Part shown: positions 45,564 to 57,713 of the stretch, in pieces
Layout: the number at the start of each line of letters is the position of its first letter
Numbering within the stretch: position 1 is the stretch's first letter
The notes under the pieces: model-generated
Databases searched by the model: none
The model's input: the letters and a program-made list of their open reading frames with translations, nothing else
What the model was told of the DNA's origin: nothing
Made by a program: the position numbers and the translations under genes
NCBI GenBank assembly: GCA_023205875.1
Contig: CP060763.1
Location: 310,001-374,000 of the forward strand
Source: Chloropicon primus
Taxonomy: Eukaryota
DNA: 64,000 bases
Reading direction: 5' to 3'

Positions 45564-46022
45564 CTAGACAGGATGGATGCCAATTTTCGGCAAAGTCTTC
45601 GTCCAGGTCTTGAAGAAGCCCTGCTTCTTCCTCCAGGTGTGGGCCGTGCTCGGTGCGCAGTTCAACACCTTGGCTATCTGAGCCACGGTGATACGCCCGT
45701 CGTTCTTCTCAAGCTCATCCTCTATCAACCGCTTGCACGTGTCGTTGTCCAGCTTCGACTTCCTCGTCTTCGTCCTGGCCACGTTCCATGACAAGCCTTG
45801 CTTCAGGTCACACTTCACCTTGTGAATGCTGGACAGAGCTCTGTGCAACTTCTTCGACACCGCACGGATAGACGCACCACCCAAGAGCATCTCCGTCGCT
45901 ATCCTCCTCTCCTCCTTGCTCAGGTACCTCGACGTCTTCGTCTTCACCGCCGAAACGCCCTCACCACCCTCCACCTCCGTCGCCAACACCACGGACTCCA
46001 TGCCAAGCCTCTCCTCTGTCAT
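45564..46022 (-). CDS. Double helix-turn-helix protein resembling an IS630/Tc1/IS30 transposase DNA-binding domain
   Basis: HTH1 YLSKEERRI..MLLGGASIRAVSKKLHRALSSIHK; basic linker RTKTRKSKL; HTH2 ITVAQIAKVLNCAPSTAHTWRKKQG. No DDE domain follows. Confidence 0.7.
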   Translation of the reverse strand: MTEERLGMESVVLATEVEGGEGVSAVKTKTSRYLSKEERRIATEMLLGGASIRAVSKKLHRALSSIHKVKCDLKQGLSWNVARTKTRKSKLDNDTCKRLIEDELEKNDGRITVAQIAKVLNCAPSTAHTWRKKQGFFKTWTKTLPKIGIHPV

Positions 46023-46272
46023 CCTCTCTCCTCTCTTCTCTTCTCTTTTCTTCTTCTCCTTCGCGTTGCTCTTTCTTTCCTTCGCACAAAAGTTTGAAAC
46101 CAAGTCAAAGTCCGTGTCCTGATGGTCGTGATGGCCTCCTCACGCCTCGTCCTCGTCCGCGTCCTCCGTCGCCGTCGCCGTCGCCGTCGCCGTCTCGTAA
46201 CCCCTCCGCTTCCCTCGTCGCCTTCGCTCTCGTCCTCTCATCCCACGAGGAGGCCAGCACACCGCACCACCA

Positions 46273-46590
46273 GGGAAGGACGCGCACTGAGTGTGGTCCT
46301 GGAGGGAAGGGAGGGAAGGGAGACCTTGAGGAGGGGTCTGTAACCGACGAGACATCTCCTAAGCTTTCGATTGGTATCGGCCTTGCCCCGATTGACAACG
46401 ATTGGGTGACGCTGGAGGAGAATTTATCAGCACCAACACTCCAAAGTCTGGGGAAGGACGCGCACCGAGTGTGGTCCTGGAGGGAAGGGAGGGAAGGGAG
46501 ACCTTGAGGAGGGGTCTGTAACCGACGAGTCATCTCCTGATCTTTCGATTGGTATCGGTCTTGCCCTGATTGACAACGATTGGGTGGATG
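46273..46590. repeat. Tandem dimer, 178-bp period, in a divergent promoter
   Basis: GGGAAGGACGCGCAC at 46273 and 46451; ATTGACAACGATTGGGTG at 46391 and 46569. Confidence 0.92.
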
Positions 46591-46635
46591 CTCTGAGGGA
46601 ACTCGCAGGGAAAAGTCTGCAAGGAGAAGGGGAGG

Positions 46636-47805
46636 ATGGAGGTGAGGGAAGGGCTGTGGGTTGGTGGTTGGAAGGAGCTGGAGGACGGGATGGGGGAATG
46701 GACGCATGTGCTGAGTGTGGATGGCCCGCACGTGAGCAAGGCGAAAGAATTCCACCCGAGCGTGAAAAGGATGACGGTGAACATCCTGGATATGCCGCAA
46801 GAGAACCTCCTGCAGGTGAGTTTGTGTTGGCAAAAGTTACTCCAGTCCACGAAGAGTGGAGCCCTTCGAGTGGCTGACAGTTGACTTCTCTTCCTCGCCT
46901 CCGTTCGTGAAAACAGCACTTGACGCGTTGCCTGGGATTCATCTCTCGAGCTTTGCAGGCCAGCGGGAAAGCAGATGCCGCTCCGGGCGAGGGAGAGAGC
47001 AAGGCCAGTAAGGTTCTGGTTCACTGCCACGCGGGCCAATCGAGGAGCGTCGCCATTGTGGCCGCCTATCTCATGCGGCTGGAGGGGTTGAGCTTCGAGG
47101 AGGCCATGGACGTCATCAAGCAGGCGAATCCTGACGCAAACCCAAACGAGGGCTTCAGGGAGCAACTCAAGTTGTACGAGAAAATGGGATGCAGGATCGA
47201 TGTGAACAACTCCCTGTACAGGCACCACTTGCTCAAGCAACAAGGGAAGAGGGCAATCGGTCAAAACTCGCTTGAGTCGCTTGAGGTCGGGACCAGCAAG
47301 CTGGCGCAAGGTGTCGGACAAGGTAGGTGGAAGAAAGGCCTCCAAGTTTGAGATATTTGGTCCTTGAAGCAGTTACTAACGAGAAACATCCGCCGTCTTG
47401 ACGTCATCACCAGAAGCAGAAGTTGTGGCCTCAGATACGGTTGATCCTGAGTCTTCTGACGACTATGCGATCCTTTGCAGAAAATGCAGGAGCGTCCTCG
47501 CTGTCTCCTCGCAGGTGATCCCCCACAGTCCGCCCGAGTACAAAGCCAAAGTGCCCAGAAAGTGGCAGGCGCAGGGAAGGACCGGGCAGATTGAGCAGTG
47601 CAGTTCGGTGTACTTGGAGCCCCTGAAGTGGATGGAAGAGGTCGAAAGCGGCGCCAATGAGGGAAAGCTGAACTGCTACAAGTGCCACGCTCGTGTTGGA
47701 TACTTCTCGTGGAGCGGAACCCAGTGCAGCTGCTCACAATGGGTGACGCCGGCGTTCCAAGTGCACAAATCAAAGGTAGACATCGTTTACGGGGAAACCA
47801 AGTGA
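46636..47805 (+). CDS. DUSP12: Dual-specificity phosphatase YVH1/DUSP12
   Basis: Exons 46636-46815, 46917-47322 and 47414-47805. Catalytic VHCHAGQSRS, NPNEGF, and a C-terminal Zn domain CRKCR..GKLNCYKC..GTQCSC..WVTPAFQ. Confidence 0.93.
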
Positions 47806-47947
47806 GCAGCTTTGTGCTTCACTCTCGCCCACTCTCGCTGTGCGCAAATTTGTGCTCATGAAGGATTGTGTAAAATACTATATATTTTAATTGGAAGTGA
47901 ATCCTCTTGGATGTCTTCAGGGCATGTTGATTGCCGCCCCTCTTTAG

Positions 47948-49396
47948 TTACTTGGCATTCAAGGCCTCCAACTGCGCTCTGAGCTCGTCCACGTCCTCGT
48001 CGTCGTTGGTCTCCACTGCGTTTTCCTCCAGCGTCTTCTCGTCGATGACGTCTGCTTTGGGCATGGAAAATTCGATGCCGTCCGCAAGGTTGGCCTCGCT
48101 GGTGGCTGCACCCTGCTCCTCACCAGCCCCTTCCTGCTGTGGACCATCGTCCTCGACCACAGAGATGCTCCACTCGTTGTCCTCGTGGAGCGGCCCCATG
48201 TCCTCCTCAACCGCTTCCCCCTTCTCCTTGTCCAACTTTCTTTGCTTCCTCTTCTCCTCGTACTTGACCTGGAGCTTGCAACACCTCGCGTTGCTGCAAC
48301 CGGGGTTGGGCTGGATGTCCATGGTGGGGAAGTAATCTTTCATCGCGTTGTAGCCGAGGTATGGGCTCACTTGACCGAAATTCAGGAGGTACTTCAGAGT
48401 GTTCTGGACCAAGAATCCCGCGACCATTCCCATAGTCGTTGGGAGAGATGCGGCACAGACTCCCTCCCTCTTCAGGGTCTTCTCGTCGATCCCGGAGGCC
48501 ACGACTAGGGGGGGCACGCACTCGAAGCAGGCGGTCACGCCAGGCTCGATCACCTGGATGTGGCCGCTCACGGCATCCTCGCTGACACCGGATTCCATCC
48601 AGTTCTGCTCCAGCTCGAGGCACGCCTGGTTGATGGTCATCCTGGCCTCGTAGTTGTCCACGCAACTCAGCACCAAATCCACCCTCGAAGTCTTGCCGTC
48701 GCCATCCTTCGTTATGCTCTCCACGAACTTGTCGTACCCATCGACGGTTGTGATGTTCATGTGGTAGCTCTCGAAGTTCACGTCCGGGTTGATCTCCATC
48801 AACGTCTTCACCGCGGCGTCGGTCTTGGTCATCCCCGAGTGCTCGGGCCTAAAGAAGAGCCTGTTCATGTTCGCAAGCTCTACTTTGTCGTAGTCATACA
48901 TCAGGAGGCCGCCGATTCCGCACCTCGTCAGCATCTCGCAAGCGACGCTGCCCACGCCCCCGATGCCGACCACAGCCACCGTCTTCTCCCTGATCTTCTC
49001 GTAGTCCTTGACGATCCCCATCCGTTGGAGCGCCATGAGACGGCTGTAGGGGTTGTCGTCCTTCACCTCCGCACTCATTTTCGCGATTTTCTCTCTCTTC
49101 ACCACGACTACGGGGGGATTGGCCGCCCTTGGAGCCGCGGAGGTGGGAACCGCGGCGCTGGAACCACCAGATCCCATCCCCACGGGAGCATCCTTCCTCA
49201 AGTCCTCCGCTGCTGCCTGCACCCTCTCGTTGATCGCTTTCACAGAGTCCCTCAGCTTCAGCACCTGCTCCTGCAACTTGGTCGATTGCAGGGCTTGAAC
49301 CTGATTCTGCAGCTTGGACAACTCGCTCGCGAACGCTTTCATCGGATGCGTCGCATCCTCCTGCTCCTTCACCGGAGCGGAACCACCTTCCATCAT
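47948..49396 (-). CDS. UBA5: UFM1-activating E1 enzyme
   Basis: Motifs [54 protein letters not shown] and the EWSISVV UFM1-interacting motif. Confidence 0.97.
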   Translation of the reverse strand: MMEGGSAPVKEQEDATHPMKAFASELSKLQNQVQALQSTKLQEQVLKLRDSVKAINERVQAAAEDLRKDAPVGMGSGGSSAAVPTSAAPRAANPPVVVVKREKIAKMSAEVKDDNPYSRLMALQRMGIVKDYEKIREKTVAVVGIGGVGSVACEMLTRCGIGGLLMYDYDKVELANMNRLFFRPEHSGMTKTDAAVKTLMEINPDVNFESYHMNITTVDGYDKFVESITKDGDGKTSRVDLVLSCVDNYEARMTINQACLELEQNWMESGVSEDAVSGHIQVIEPGVTACFECVPPLVVASGIDEKTLKREGVCAASLPTTMGMVAGFLVQNTLKYLLNFGQVSPYLGYNAMKDYFPTMDIQPNPGCSNARCCKLQVKYEEKRKQRKLDKEKGEAVEEDMGPLHEDNEWSISVVEDDGPQQEGAGEEQGAATSEANLADGIEFSMPKADVIDEKTLEENAVETNDDEDVDELRAQLEALNAK

Positions 49397-49914
49397 CTCC
49401 CCACAAACCTCTCTCGCGTCCTCAATTCCTCACCACCCAGTCAAATCTTTCGACCAAGGTCTCTTTCGAAAGATCAGAGCACAACGCTCCCGCCTTCGTC
49501 ACCCTCCGTCTCCCCCTCGACCCGCGCCGTCGCCCCTTGCTCTCTCTCTCCCTCCCTCTCGATCGATCGCAGCGATCGGATCGTTTCTTTTGTTTTGTTT
49601 TGTTTTTGATCGCCGCAGAGAGCGACGATTTTTTTAGCGATCAAAAGGTCAGACAAACGTGGCGGACAAGGTGAGCGATCGATCGTGATCACGATCGGTG
49701 AGCGATCGATGGCCCGAGGCGTTACCTTAAGGAGGGGATCGTAACCGACGCGACCTCGGTGCTCGAGCGTCTCGTCTTCGGAAGCGTGGGGTGGTCTCTA
49801 CTTTTGTTGGCATCGCATTCCGCAACGCAGAAAGGGTTTTTGTCTGACAAGCTTGTTTGGCTTCCTTTCGCAGAGTGAGAGAGAGAGAGAGAGAGAGAGA
49901 GTTGTTGGAGAAGG

Positions 49915-51072
49915 ATGTCAGAGAGTCGAATCGCCAAGCTCGCGGCGCACTTGACGGGGTTCGGTGCGAAGGCTGGGTTCAGGGTTGCGGTCCTCGGTGC
50001 GTCTGGAGGGATAGGACAACCCCTTTCCCTCTTGCTGAAGAAGACCAACCTTGTCAGGGAGCTCCATTTGTATGACGTGAAGGGGACGAAGGGTGTGATG
50101 GCTGACTTGTCGCACATTAACACGTACACGACGGTTAGATCTTTCGAGGGGAACGCCGAGCTCGCGGAGTGCCTCAAGGTAAGTCGAAGAAAAACGCCTG
50201 CTGCTGCAGCTGCTGCAGCTGCTGGCTGGCTCGCACGCCTTGGAACTAACGCGAGGGAACCGTCTCTGTCTCTCTGGAACCGTCTCTGTCTCTCTTGCGT
50301 GTTATTTTGACGACAGGGCTGCGATCTGGTCGTGATACCAGCAGGAGTTCCAAGAAAGCCGGGAATGACGAGGGATGACCTCTTCAAGATCAACGCCGGC
50401 ATTGTGGCCTCCCTCGCTGCGGGAGTGGCGGACAGCTGCCCAGAAGCGTTTGTCGCGATCATTTCAAACCCTGTGAACTCCACCGTTCCGATCGCCGCGG
50501 AGGTCCTCAAGAGGAAGGGGTGCTACAACCCAGCGAAGCTGTTTGGAGTGACTTCCCTCGACGTCGTCAGAGCGAACACTTTCGTCGCCGAGGCGTGCAA
50601 CCAGAAGCCGGAGAAGATGAACGTTCCCGTCATTGGCGGCCACTCTGGCAACACGATCTTGCCGCTTTTGAGCCAGACGAGCCCAAAGAACGCCCTGCCC
50701 ATGGATCAGGTCAAGGCCTTGACCAACAGGATACAGAACGCCGGTACCGAGGTGGTGGAGGCCAAGGCGGGCACGGGTTCCGCGACCTTGAGCATGGCGG
50801 CTGCCGCCCACAGGTTCGCCGAGAGCTGCCTCAGGGCTCTTAACGGTGAGTTCGGAGTGGTGGAGTGTGCCTACGTGGAGAACAGCGAGGCGATTTCTCA
50901 GGGGCTTGCCTTCTTTGCCCTCCCCGTGAGACTCAACAAGACTGGTGTCAGCGGCTTCGCCCCTCTGACTCCCTTGTCCGACTACGAGGCTCAGCTCTTC
51001 AACTCGATGAAGGGCGCCTTGGCTGGAAACATCAGAAAGGGACAGGAGTTTGGAAGGTCGTTTACGCTTTAA
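49915..51072 (+). CDS. MDH: NAD malate dehydrogenase, peroxisomal/glyoxysomal (PTS2)
   Basis: Exons 49915-50178 and 50317-51072. PTS2 [34 protein letters not shown] and IGGHSG. Confidence 0.96.
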
Positions 51073-51834
51073 TGAGCTGACGGAGGACGCGAAAGGCGGC
51101 AGCAGCGCTCAATGGAAAAAATGATCACACATAAGTAAACACACAAAGGGGGCGTGCCCTGAATAATAATAATAAGGAGGAGAAAATAGATGCAAAAATT
51201 CAGAATTGCTTGGCGAATTGCTAGACTCCCCCCCCCCCTGTACGCCCTCGCCTTCCACGGCCATGTCATCACCACCAACTCTCCTCCGTCCAAGCAACCC
51301 AATCCATAATGAAGTTTCGGCTGAGTACGACGCGCCGCGTTGTTCTGTGTGTTTTCGTTCGGTTAGACAAATCCATTATCGATTGGGACAGCCTTGCAGC
51401 TTGAGCTGCAACGTCTCCAAGGCTTTGTCGAAGCTCTCACAATCCTTCCATGAACGCCATGACGGCCATCACCATCCTCAATCATCCTGTCAATCATCCT
51501 GTTCGTCTCTGTTCCGATGAGTTGTTCCTTGCTTTTTGGTTTCCAATCGATTCTCGTTCGAGGGCCCTCGTGTAGATACACCTAAGCTATTATCGTCATG
51601 TGACACCCCTTCTCTTCCCCTTTTCCCCTTCTCTTCCCACTTTTCCAAGAGACACCTCAAGACAGATATCCCTCGAGGGGCAAGAAGGCTTCATCTTCAC
51701 CTTCATCGGGGGTTCGTCACTTGTCTTCCCGCCCAAAAGGGAACAGCAAGAGAACATCAAGGTTGCGCCTTGTTCCGTCATCCAGTGCAAGCGGGGCAAG
51801 ACGGGAGAACCACCCACCACACCACGCGGCCGAG

Positions 51835-52631
51835 ATGACCGAGTCCTGGAGAAAGGCGAGGAAGAGTATCACCGAGGTGAAAGAAAAGCACGGCATGAGT
51901 TTGCAGGAGTCGGTGGGTTTTTCTTCCTGTTTTCTTTTTTTCCGATATCGGTTCCCCTCGGTTGTGCATCTGTCCCATCGGCGCCAAGCTTGCTGAGGTT
52001 GGACGAAGAGATCCTGACCCTTGCTCTTCTTCTTCAACCTTTCGACAGATCGAACAGGAGCAGAAGATATCGGCCGCGACCAAGGTAAGCCCAAAGATGT
52101 CGCCTTGGGTTTGATGGCGACCGAAAACACCTGACTGACGCTTTACTTTGCGACTTTGCTGATGGTCCATGACGAGCAGAAAAACATCAGGAGGGCGAGT
52201 ATCACGATTGATGCGATTCTGAAGCTGAACCCTTCCCTGGCACCCACGGGACCTGTCGTCTCCGTTGATGATGATGTTGATGGCGACAAGTCTGTGGAGG
52301 AGAAGAAAGTGAAGGCCAAGAAGAACAGAAGGAAGAGCTTGTCAGACATGTGCAAGGTAAGCCAGAGAGATTGCCTTCTCTTCGGTGGGGTGTGATTCTG
52401 GGTCTGCATTGAAAACCTGACACGGCGCGCCTCTTTGTGTTCGCGACGACGGGGAAGGACTCTTCGGGGAAGCTGACGAACGACTACTGGAGCAAGCTGC
52501 AGTCGAGGTTAAAGATTGAAGACAGTGAGGAGGAGAATGATGAGAACGAGAACAAGGACGACGAGTTCAACAAGAAGTTCGAGGCATCTATTGCAAACAA
52601 GGAAATAGTTGTGGAGGAGCAGTCGCTGTGA
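51835..52631 (+). CDS. Hypothetical protein (4 exons)
   Basis: Exons 51835-51912, 52049-52084, 52180-52356 and 52458-52631, all phase-0 canonical joins. Repeated RxxS sites (RKSI, RRASI, RRKSL). Confidence 0.6.
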
Positions 52632-52681
52632 TACGTGGCACCTGTGTTGTGGCCCGCTCCGCTGCTGGCTCGAAGCACCTG

Positions 52682-53924
52682 TCACTGGAGCTGGCTTTGC
52701 AAGGACCTCCTGTATATCGACGCTTTCCTGAACCTGCGTGGTAAGAGATGGCAGCAAGGTCAGGAAAGAAAGGCCCCCCAAGCGCACATTTTGAAAACTG
52801 TAGCATAACATACCTGTCATCTTGTTCCGCCTCGATCTGCTTGAGTTTAGAGACTTCGTGGCGCAAGGACTCTAGCTCTGAGCAAGCCCTCGTCGTCTGC
52901 TGGCGCATCGCGTTGCCCAGATTCTGGAACTGCTTCCTGATTGCATTCATTTCTGCCCTCTCTTTGTCGTACAGCGCTTTCATGCCATCCAGCGTGACCC
53001 TGCTCCTCTCGAGCGCTCTTCGGCGACGGGTCCCGCCCCTCGGTGTCAGCAGAAGAACCAAGCAAACGTGTGCGCGTGGATCGGTGGTGGATTGTGGGAA
53101 TGCGTCGTCGTGAGCTCACCTCCTTGTGTTGACCATCTCGATCTTCCTCGCCTCTCTGTCCTGCTCTGCTGTGGCAACCCGCTTCCGCGTCTCGTCGAGC
53201 GATTGCTGCTTCTGCTTCGCTCTTTCCTGCATGGGGAGGAAGCCGCTGAAAAGCGATGCCCTTCCGCCGCTGGTCCGATCTCCCTCCTCCTCGATCAGTC
53301 TAGAAACTTCAAGGGCGGAGCAGTGCTGCTTGTAAGCCAGCTCGCCCTCCACCTTGAGCAAGCTCTGAGCCGATTGCAAATGGTCCTCCTCTTCCGCGAG
53401 CGTCGCTTGCCCTTGAGAGAGCACCAAGATCAGATCGGCCCGCTCGCGCGCCAAGGAGTTGAGCTTGATCTCAAGGCGCACCTAAGAGCAAGAAGGTTCG
53501 ACATCCAAGCGCATCCAAGCTGCTGGATCAGAACACACGTGGATCGAATGGCAATGAGGCAGCACCTCAACGGGGGCGGCGACGGAGGCGGCGGCCTTAC
53601 CTTTGTCTTGGACCATTCGAGTGCCTCCTTCATGAGGCTCTCCTTCTCGCCAAGCAGGACGGCCAAGTCCTTCTCACGGCTTTCGAGCAAGCCCTGCACA
53701 GAGAGAGAGAGAGAGAGAGAGTTAGAGAGTTAGAGAGTTAGATCGCGGCCGTGTCGATCGATCGATCGCGACGTCGAGAGAAGAGAGAAGAGGGAAGGAA
53801 GAGACGAAGGCGCCGCACACGAGAGCAAGAGAGCAAGAGAGAGAGGTGAATCTTCTTGATCGTCCGTTCCGATCCTTGGACTGACCTCGAGTTCCGTCAC
53901 CCTCTCCTCGAACTTGAGCTCCAT
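52682..53924 (-). CDS. Hypothetical coiled-coil protein (5 exons)
   Basis: Exons 53924-53886, 53693-53601, 53481-53120, ~53017-52814 and 52733-52682 join in frame. Heptad-rich. Confidence 0.6.
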
Positions 53925-54046
53925 GATCGATCACTTCCGTGTTTGGTCGCCAGCTTCCTGGATTCTTTTGCGCGATCCATCGATCGATCGTACAGTGAGT
54001 GAGCAAAAGCAAAGGCGATCGATCGATCCGATCGAGGGAAGGAGGT

Positions 54047-54364
54047 ATGCAGGACTACAGCGAAGACTCTACTGGCGAGGGTGGAAAGGTTGACGGCGAC
54101 GACGACGGCACGAGCGTTACGAAAAAGGTGGAGACGTCTCTCGACTTGCTCGACGAGAGCATAGGAAGAATACGCGAAAAGGTTTATGCCTTGGATTCCG
54201 TTCTTGGCGTCCTCGTCGAGATCGTCAAGACGAAGAACAGGACCCTCGAGCTCCAAGTCCTGGAGACGGTGATGTCCAGCGCGCTCGACAAACGCTACGT
54301 CATGGAGAAGGAAGATGTCTTCCATATGCTTTCCACTTGTGCGGACTACCACGCCCGGGGATGA
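54047..54364 (+). CDS. Hypothetical small helical protein
   Basis: 105-aa ORF with coding-like composition, divergent from the previous gene and followed by AT-rich 3' sequence. Confidence 0.5.
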   Translation: MQDYSEDSTGEGGKVDGDDDGTSVTKKVETSLDLLDESIGRIREKVYALDSVLGVLVEIVKTKNRTLELQVLETVMSSALDKRYVMEKEDVFHMLSTCADYHARG

Positions 54365-54527
54365 AGCGGGGGTGAAGAGAGAGAGAGAGAGAGAGAATGC
54401 ATGCGTGACTTTTAATAGTAAAGATGTTTAATAATGAAGAACACCAACCATCTTTGGTCCTCATTGGTTCACATTGGTTCGATTAGCTCGGGAGTGATCT
54501 TTGTATGGAGTAGACAGAGGAGGAGGA

Positions 54528-54587
<60 letters not shown>

Positions 54588-54921
54588 AGAGAGGGGGGGG
54601 AAGCGCAAGTCAATCGATCATTCGATCCAATGCAGTTGAGTTTCGATGCCATACAAATCCAATCCACCGGGGATCGATCGTGTGCCACGGTGTCTTTGGA
54701 TTGGAGATGGAGATGGAGATTGGGTTCGGTCTCCGCGCCCATCCCCGTCCCCGTCACCTCCTGCCCTCCCCTCGCCCTCCATCGTGTAAGATGGAATTAG
54801 CACTCAGCCGCCAGCCTGTGGAAGGAATGGGAAAAAATTAACGAGTCGTCAGAAAAGGAAAGGAGCCTTGTCGCCCGTCATCACCGCGTGAGGAAGACAA
54901 AGCCGAGAGAGAAGAGTAAGG

Positions 54922-56283
54922 ATGATGAACAAGGTTGTTTTGGCCGTCTTGGCCGCTTTGTGCTTGGGCTCTGTTGCTGTCCAGGCCCACCCTGCCCATA
55001 TTGAGGCCTTGCACGAGGGGACTCACTTTGAGCATTTCAACACCTGGTTGTTGAAGTTCAAGCCTAGCTACATGGACGACATCTCTGAGGTCGCCAAGAG
55101 GTTCAAGGTCTTTTCCGACAACTTGGACCACATCAGGAAGGTTAACGCCGAGAACAGGTCTTACTACTTGGGTCTTGGTCCTTTGACTGACTTGACTCAG
55201 GAGGAGTACAGGAACCAGTACCTCAACCCAAGCCTCAAGACTGTCTTGAAGTCCAGGAAGAGCACCGGAGTCTTCACCCACGCCAACGTTACTGCCGATT
55301 CCTCCGTTGACTGGAGACAGAAGGGTGCCGTCACCCCTGTCAAGAACCAGGCTCAGTGCGGATCTTGCTGGGCTTTCTCCAGTACCGGATCCATGGAGGG
55401 AATCAACTTCATCAAGACCGGAAAGTTGGTCAGCTTGTCCGAGCAGCAGTTGGTTGACTGCGACAGAGTCGACAACGGATGCGGAGGAGGAATCATGGAC
55501 CAGGCCTTCAAGTACGTCATGAACAACGGAGGCATTGACACCGAGGACGACTACTCTTACACCGCCAGAGACGGAACTTGCCAGACTTCCAAGGCCGCCA
55601 AGCACGTCGTGACCATTGACTCTTACCAGGACGTTCCTGTCAACAGCAAGGACGACCTCATGAAGGCCATCACCGCCCAGCCAGTCTCCATCGCCATTGA
55701 GGCCGACCACGCCGACTTCCAGAACTACGCCGGTGGCGTTTTCTCTGACGACTGCGGAACCAGCTTGGACCACGGTGTCTTGGCCGTCGGATACGACTCC
55801 GGAGCTTCCGAGCCATACTGGATCGTCAAGAACTCTTGGGGATCTGCCTGGGGCATGGACGGATACATCAAGCTTGCCATGAACGTCGGCGGAAGCCAGG
55901 GACAGTGCGGAATCTTGGAGCACCCTGTGTACCCAGAGAAGAACGGGCCAAACCCACCACCATCCCCACCATCGCCACCATCCCCACCATCGCCACCATC
56001 CCCACCACCATCCAACAAGTGCTCTGACTCTTACAGCTGCCCAAGCGGAAACACCTGCTGCTGCCAGCAGGAGGTCTTCGGAAAGTGCATGCAGTGGGCC
56101 TGCTGCCCACTCCCACAGGCCACTTGCTGCAAGGACCACATCCACTGCTGCCCACACGAGTACCCAGTCTGCCACGTTGATCAGGGAACCTGCGGAAAGT
56201 CCAACGACATCTTCGCCACCGTCCCTATCTCCAAGAAGGAGGCTGCCATCTTCACCGGCTCCAGGAAGGTCCAGACCGAGTAA
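54922..56283 (+). CDS. Papain-family (C1A) cysteine protease with Pro-rich linker and granulin domain (RD21-like)
   Basis: Signal peptide, I29 propeptide, [19 protein letters not shown], (PPS)n linker, and granulin CCP...CC.DH.HCCP. Confidence 0.96.
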   Translation: MMNKVVLAVLAALCLGSVAVQAHPAHIEALHEGTHFEHFNTWLLKFKPSYMDDISEVAKRFKVFSDNLDHIRKVNAENRSYYLGLGPLTDLTQEEYRNQYLNPSLKTVLKSRKSTGVFTHANVTADSSVDWRQKGAVTPVKNQAQCGSCWAFSSTGSMEGINFIKTGKLVSLSEQQLVDCDRVDNGCGGGIMDQAFKYVMNNGGIDTEDDYSYTARDGTCQTSKAAKHVVTIDSYQDVPVNSKDDLMKAITAQPVSIAIEADHADFQNYAGGVFSDDCGTSLDHGVLAVGYDSGASEPYWIVKNSWGSAWGMDGYIKLAMNVGGSQGQCGILEHPVYPEKNGPNPPPSPPSPPSPPSPPSPPPSNKCSDSYSCPSGNTCCCQQEVFGKCMQWACCPLPQATCCKDHIHCCPHEYPVCHVDQGTCGKSNDIFATVPISKKEAAIFTGSRKVQTE

Positions 56284-56678
56284 GAAGCCTTTTTTTTCTT
56301 CGGGATAATTAAAGAGAAGAGCAAAGTGATTAAGATTGAGTGAGTCAATCCATCAATCCATCAATCACGCCCAATTCTTTGCATGTGAATCGAACGTTTA
56401 CGTGACTCTACTTTTTTCTCTCTCCTTCTTGGTTGGTCTCCGCCCCCCCTCGTGCCTGCTGACTCGTCTTTTTCGGCTACAACGGCCATCCTTCCTGTGA
56501 CGTTCATCCCAGTCGATTTCGGACCGCTGTGGTGCCATGTGTTCTACGTTGAGGTTAGTTAAAGAAGGATCCAAAACCTCTGAGTTGTCCAGAGTGACGG
56601 CGACGAAGCGACGAAGCAGAGAGAGAGAGAGAGAGAGTGAGAGTGGAGAGAGTTTGATTGAGTGGATTGAGTTGAAAC

Positions 56679-57713
56679 ATGATGAACAAGTACTTGACGC
56701 TTGCTGTGTTGTCTGCCCTCTTGGGATGTGCAGCCACTGTGCAGGCCCTTCCCGAAGATATTGAGGCCCTGAACCACGGGACTCACTTCGAGCACTACAC
56801 GAGTTGGCTCCAGGAGCACAAGCCTGGTTACATGAATGATGTGGACCAGGTTGCTGATAGGTTCAAGGTATTCGCCAAGAACTTGGACAAGATTCGTGAG
56901 ATCAATGCCGAGAACAGGTCTTACTACTTGGGACTCACCGGGTTGACTGACTTGACCCAGGAGGAGTACAGGAAGTTCTACCTCAACCCTGAGTTGAAGA
57001 ACGTGAAGCAGACTTCCACGTCAAAGTTCACTCATGCCAACGTCGAGGCCGTGGACAAGATTGACTGGAGGGACAAGGGTGCCGTCACCCCTGTCAAAAA
57101 CCAGGGCATGTGCGGATCTTGCTGGGCTTTCTCCAGTACCGGATCCATGGAGGGAATCAACTTCATCCAGAATGGAAAGTTGGTCAGCTTGTCCGAGGAG
57201 CAGTTGGTGAACTGTGACAAGGTCGACCACGGATGCGGAGGCGGTCTCATGGACCAGGCCTTCCAGTACGTCATCAAGAACGGAGGCATTGACACCGAGG
57301 AGGACTTCCCATACCACGCCTTTGCACTCTGGAGAACCTGCCCAGCCGACAAGGAGTCCGAGCACGCCGTCGTCATCAACGACTTCGTTGACGTCCCAGT
57401 CCAGAACAAGGATGCCCTCCTGCAGGCCCTTTCCGCCCAGCCCGTCTCCATCGCCATTGAGGCCGACCACTTCGTGTTCCAGAACTACAGGGGAGGTGTC
57501 ATCGACAGCGCCGGTTGCGGTACTCAGCTCGACCACGGTGTCTTGGCCGTCGGTTTCGACACCACCGCCGATACTCCATACTGGATCGTCAAGAACTCTT
57601 GGGGCGCCTCCTGGGGAGAGTCCGGATACGTCAGGATGGCTATCAATGTCACCGACCCTAAGGGACAGTGCGGAATCCTGTCCTGCCCTGTGTACCCTGT
57701 CATCAACAAGTAA
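56679..57713 (+). CDS. Papain-family (C1A) cysteine protease, tandem paralog without granulin
   Basis: Signal peptide, propeptide, [13 protein letters not shown] and KNSWG; ends at CPVYPVINK. Confidence 0.96.
   Translation: MMNKYLTLAVLSALLGCAATVQALPEDIEALNHGTHFEHYTSWLQEHKPGYMNDVDQVADRFKVFAKNLDKIREINAENRSYYLGLTGLTDLTQEEYRKFYLNPELKNVKQTSTSKFTHANVEAVDKIDWRDKGAVTPVKNQGMCGSCWAFSSTGSMEGINFIQNGKLVSLSEEQLVNCDKVDHGCGGGLMDQAFQYVIKNGGIDTEEDFPYHAFALWRTCPADKESEHAVVINDFVDVPVQNKDALLQALSAQPVSIAIEADHFVFQNYRGGVIDSAGCGTQLDHGVLAVGFDTTADTPYWIVKNSWGASWGESGYVRMAINVTDPKGQCGILSCPVYPVINK

Noticed and set aside
51206..51520. Cys/His-containing short ORF after MDH
   Set aside because: No recognisable domain and atypical codon use; likely intergenic or UTR.
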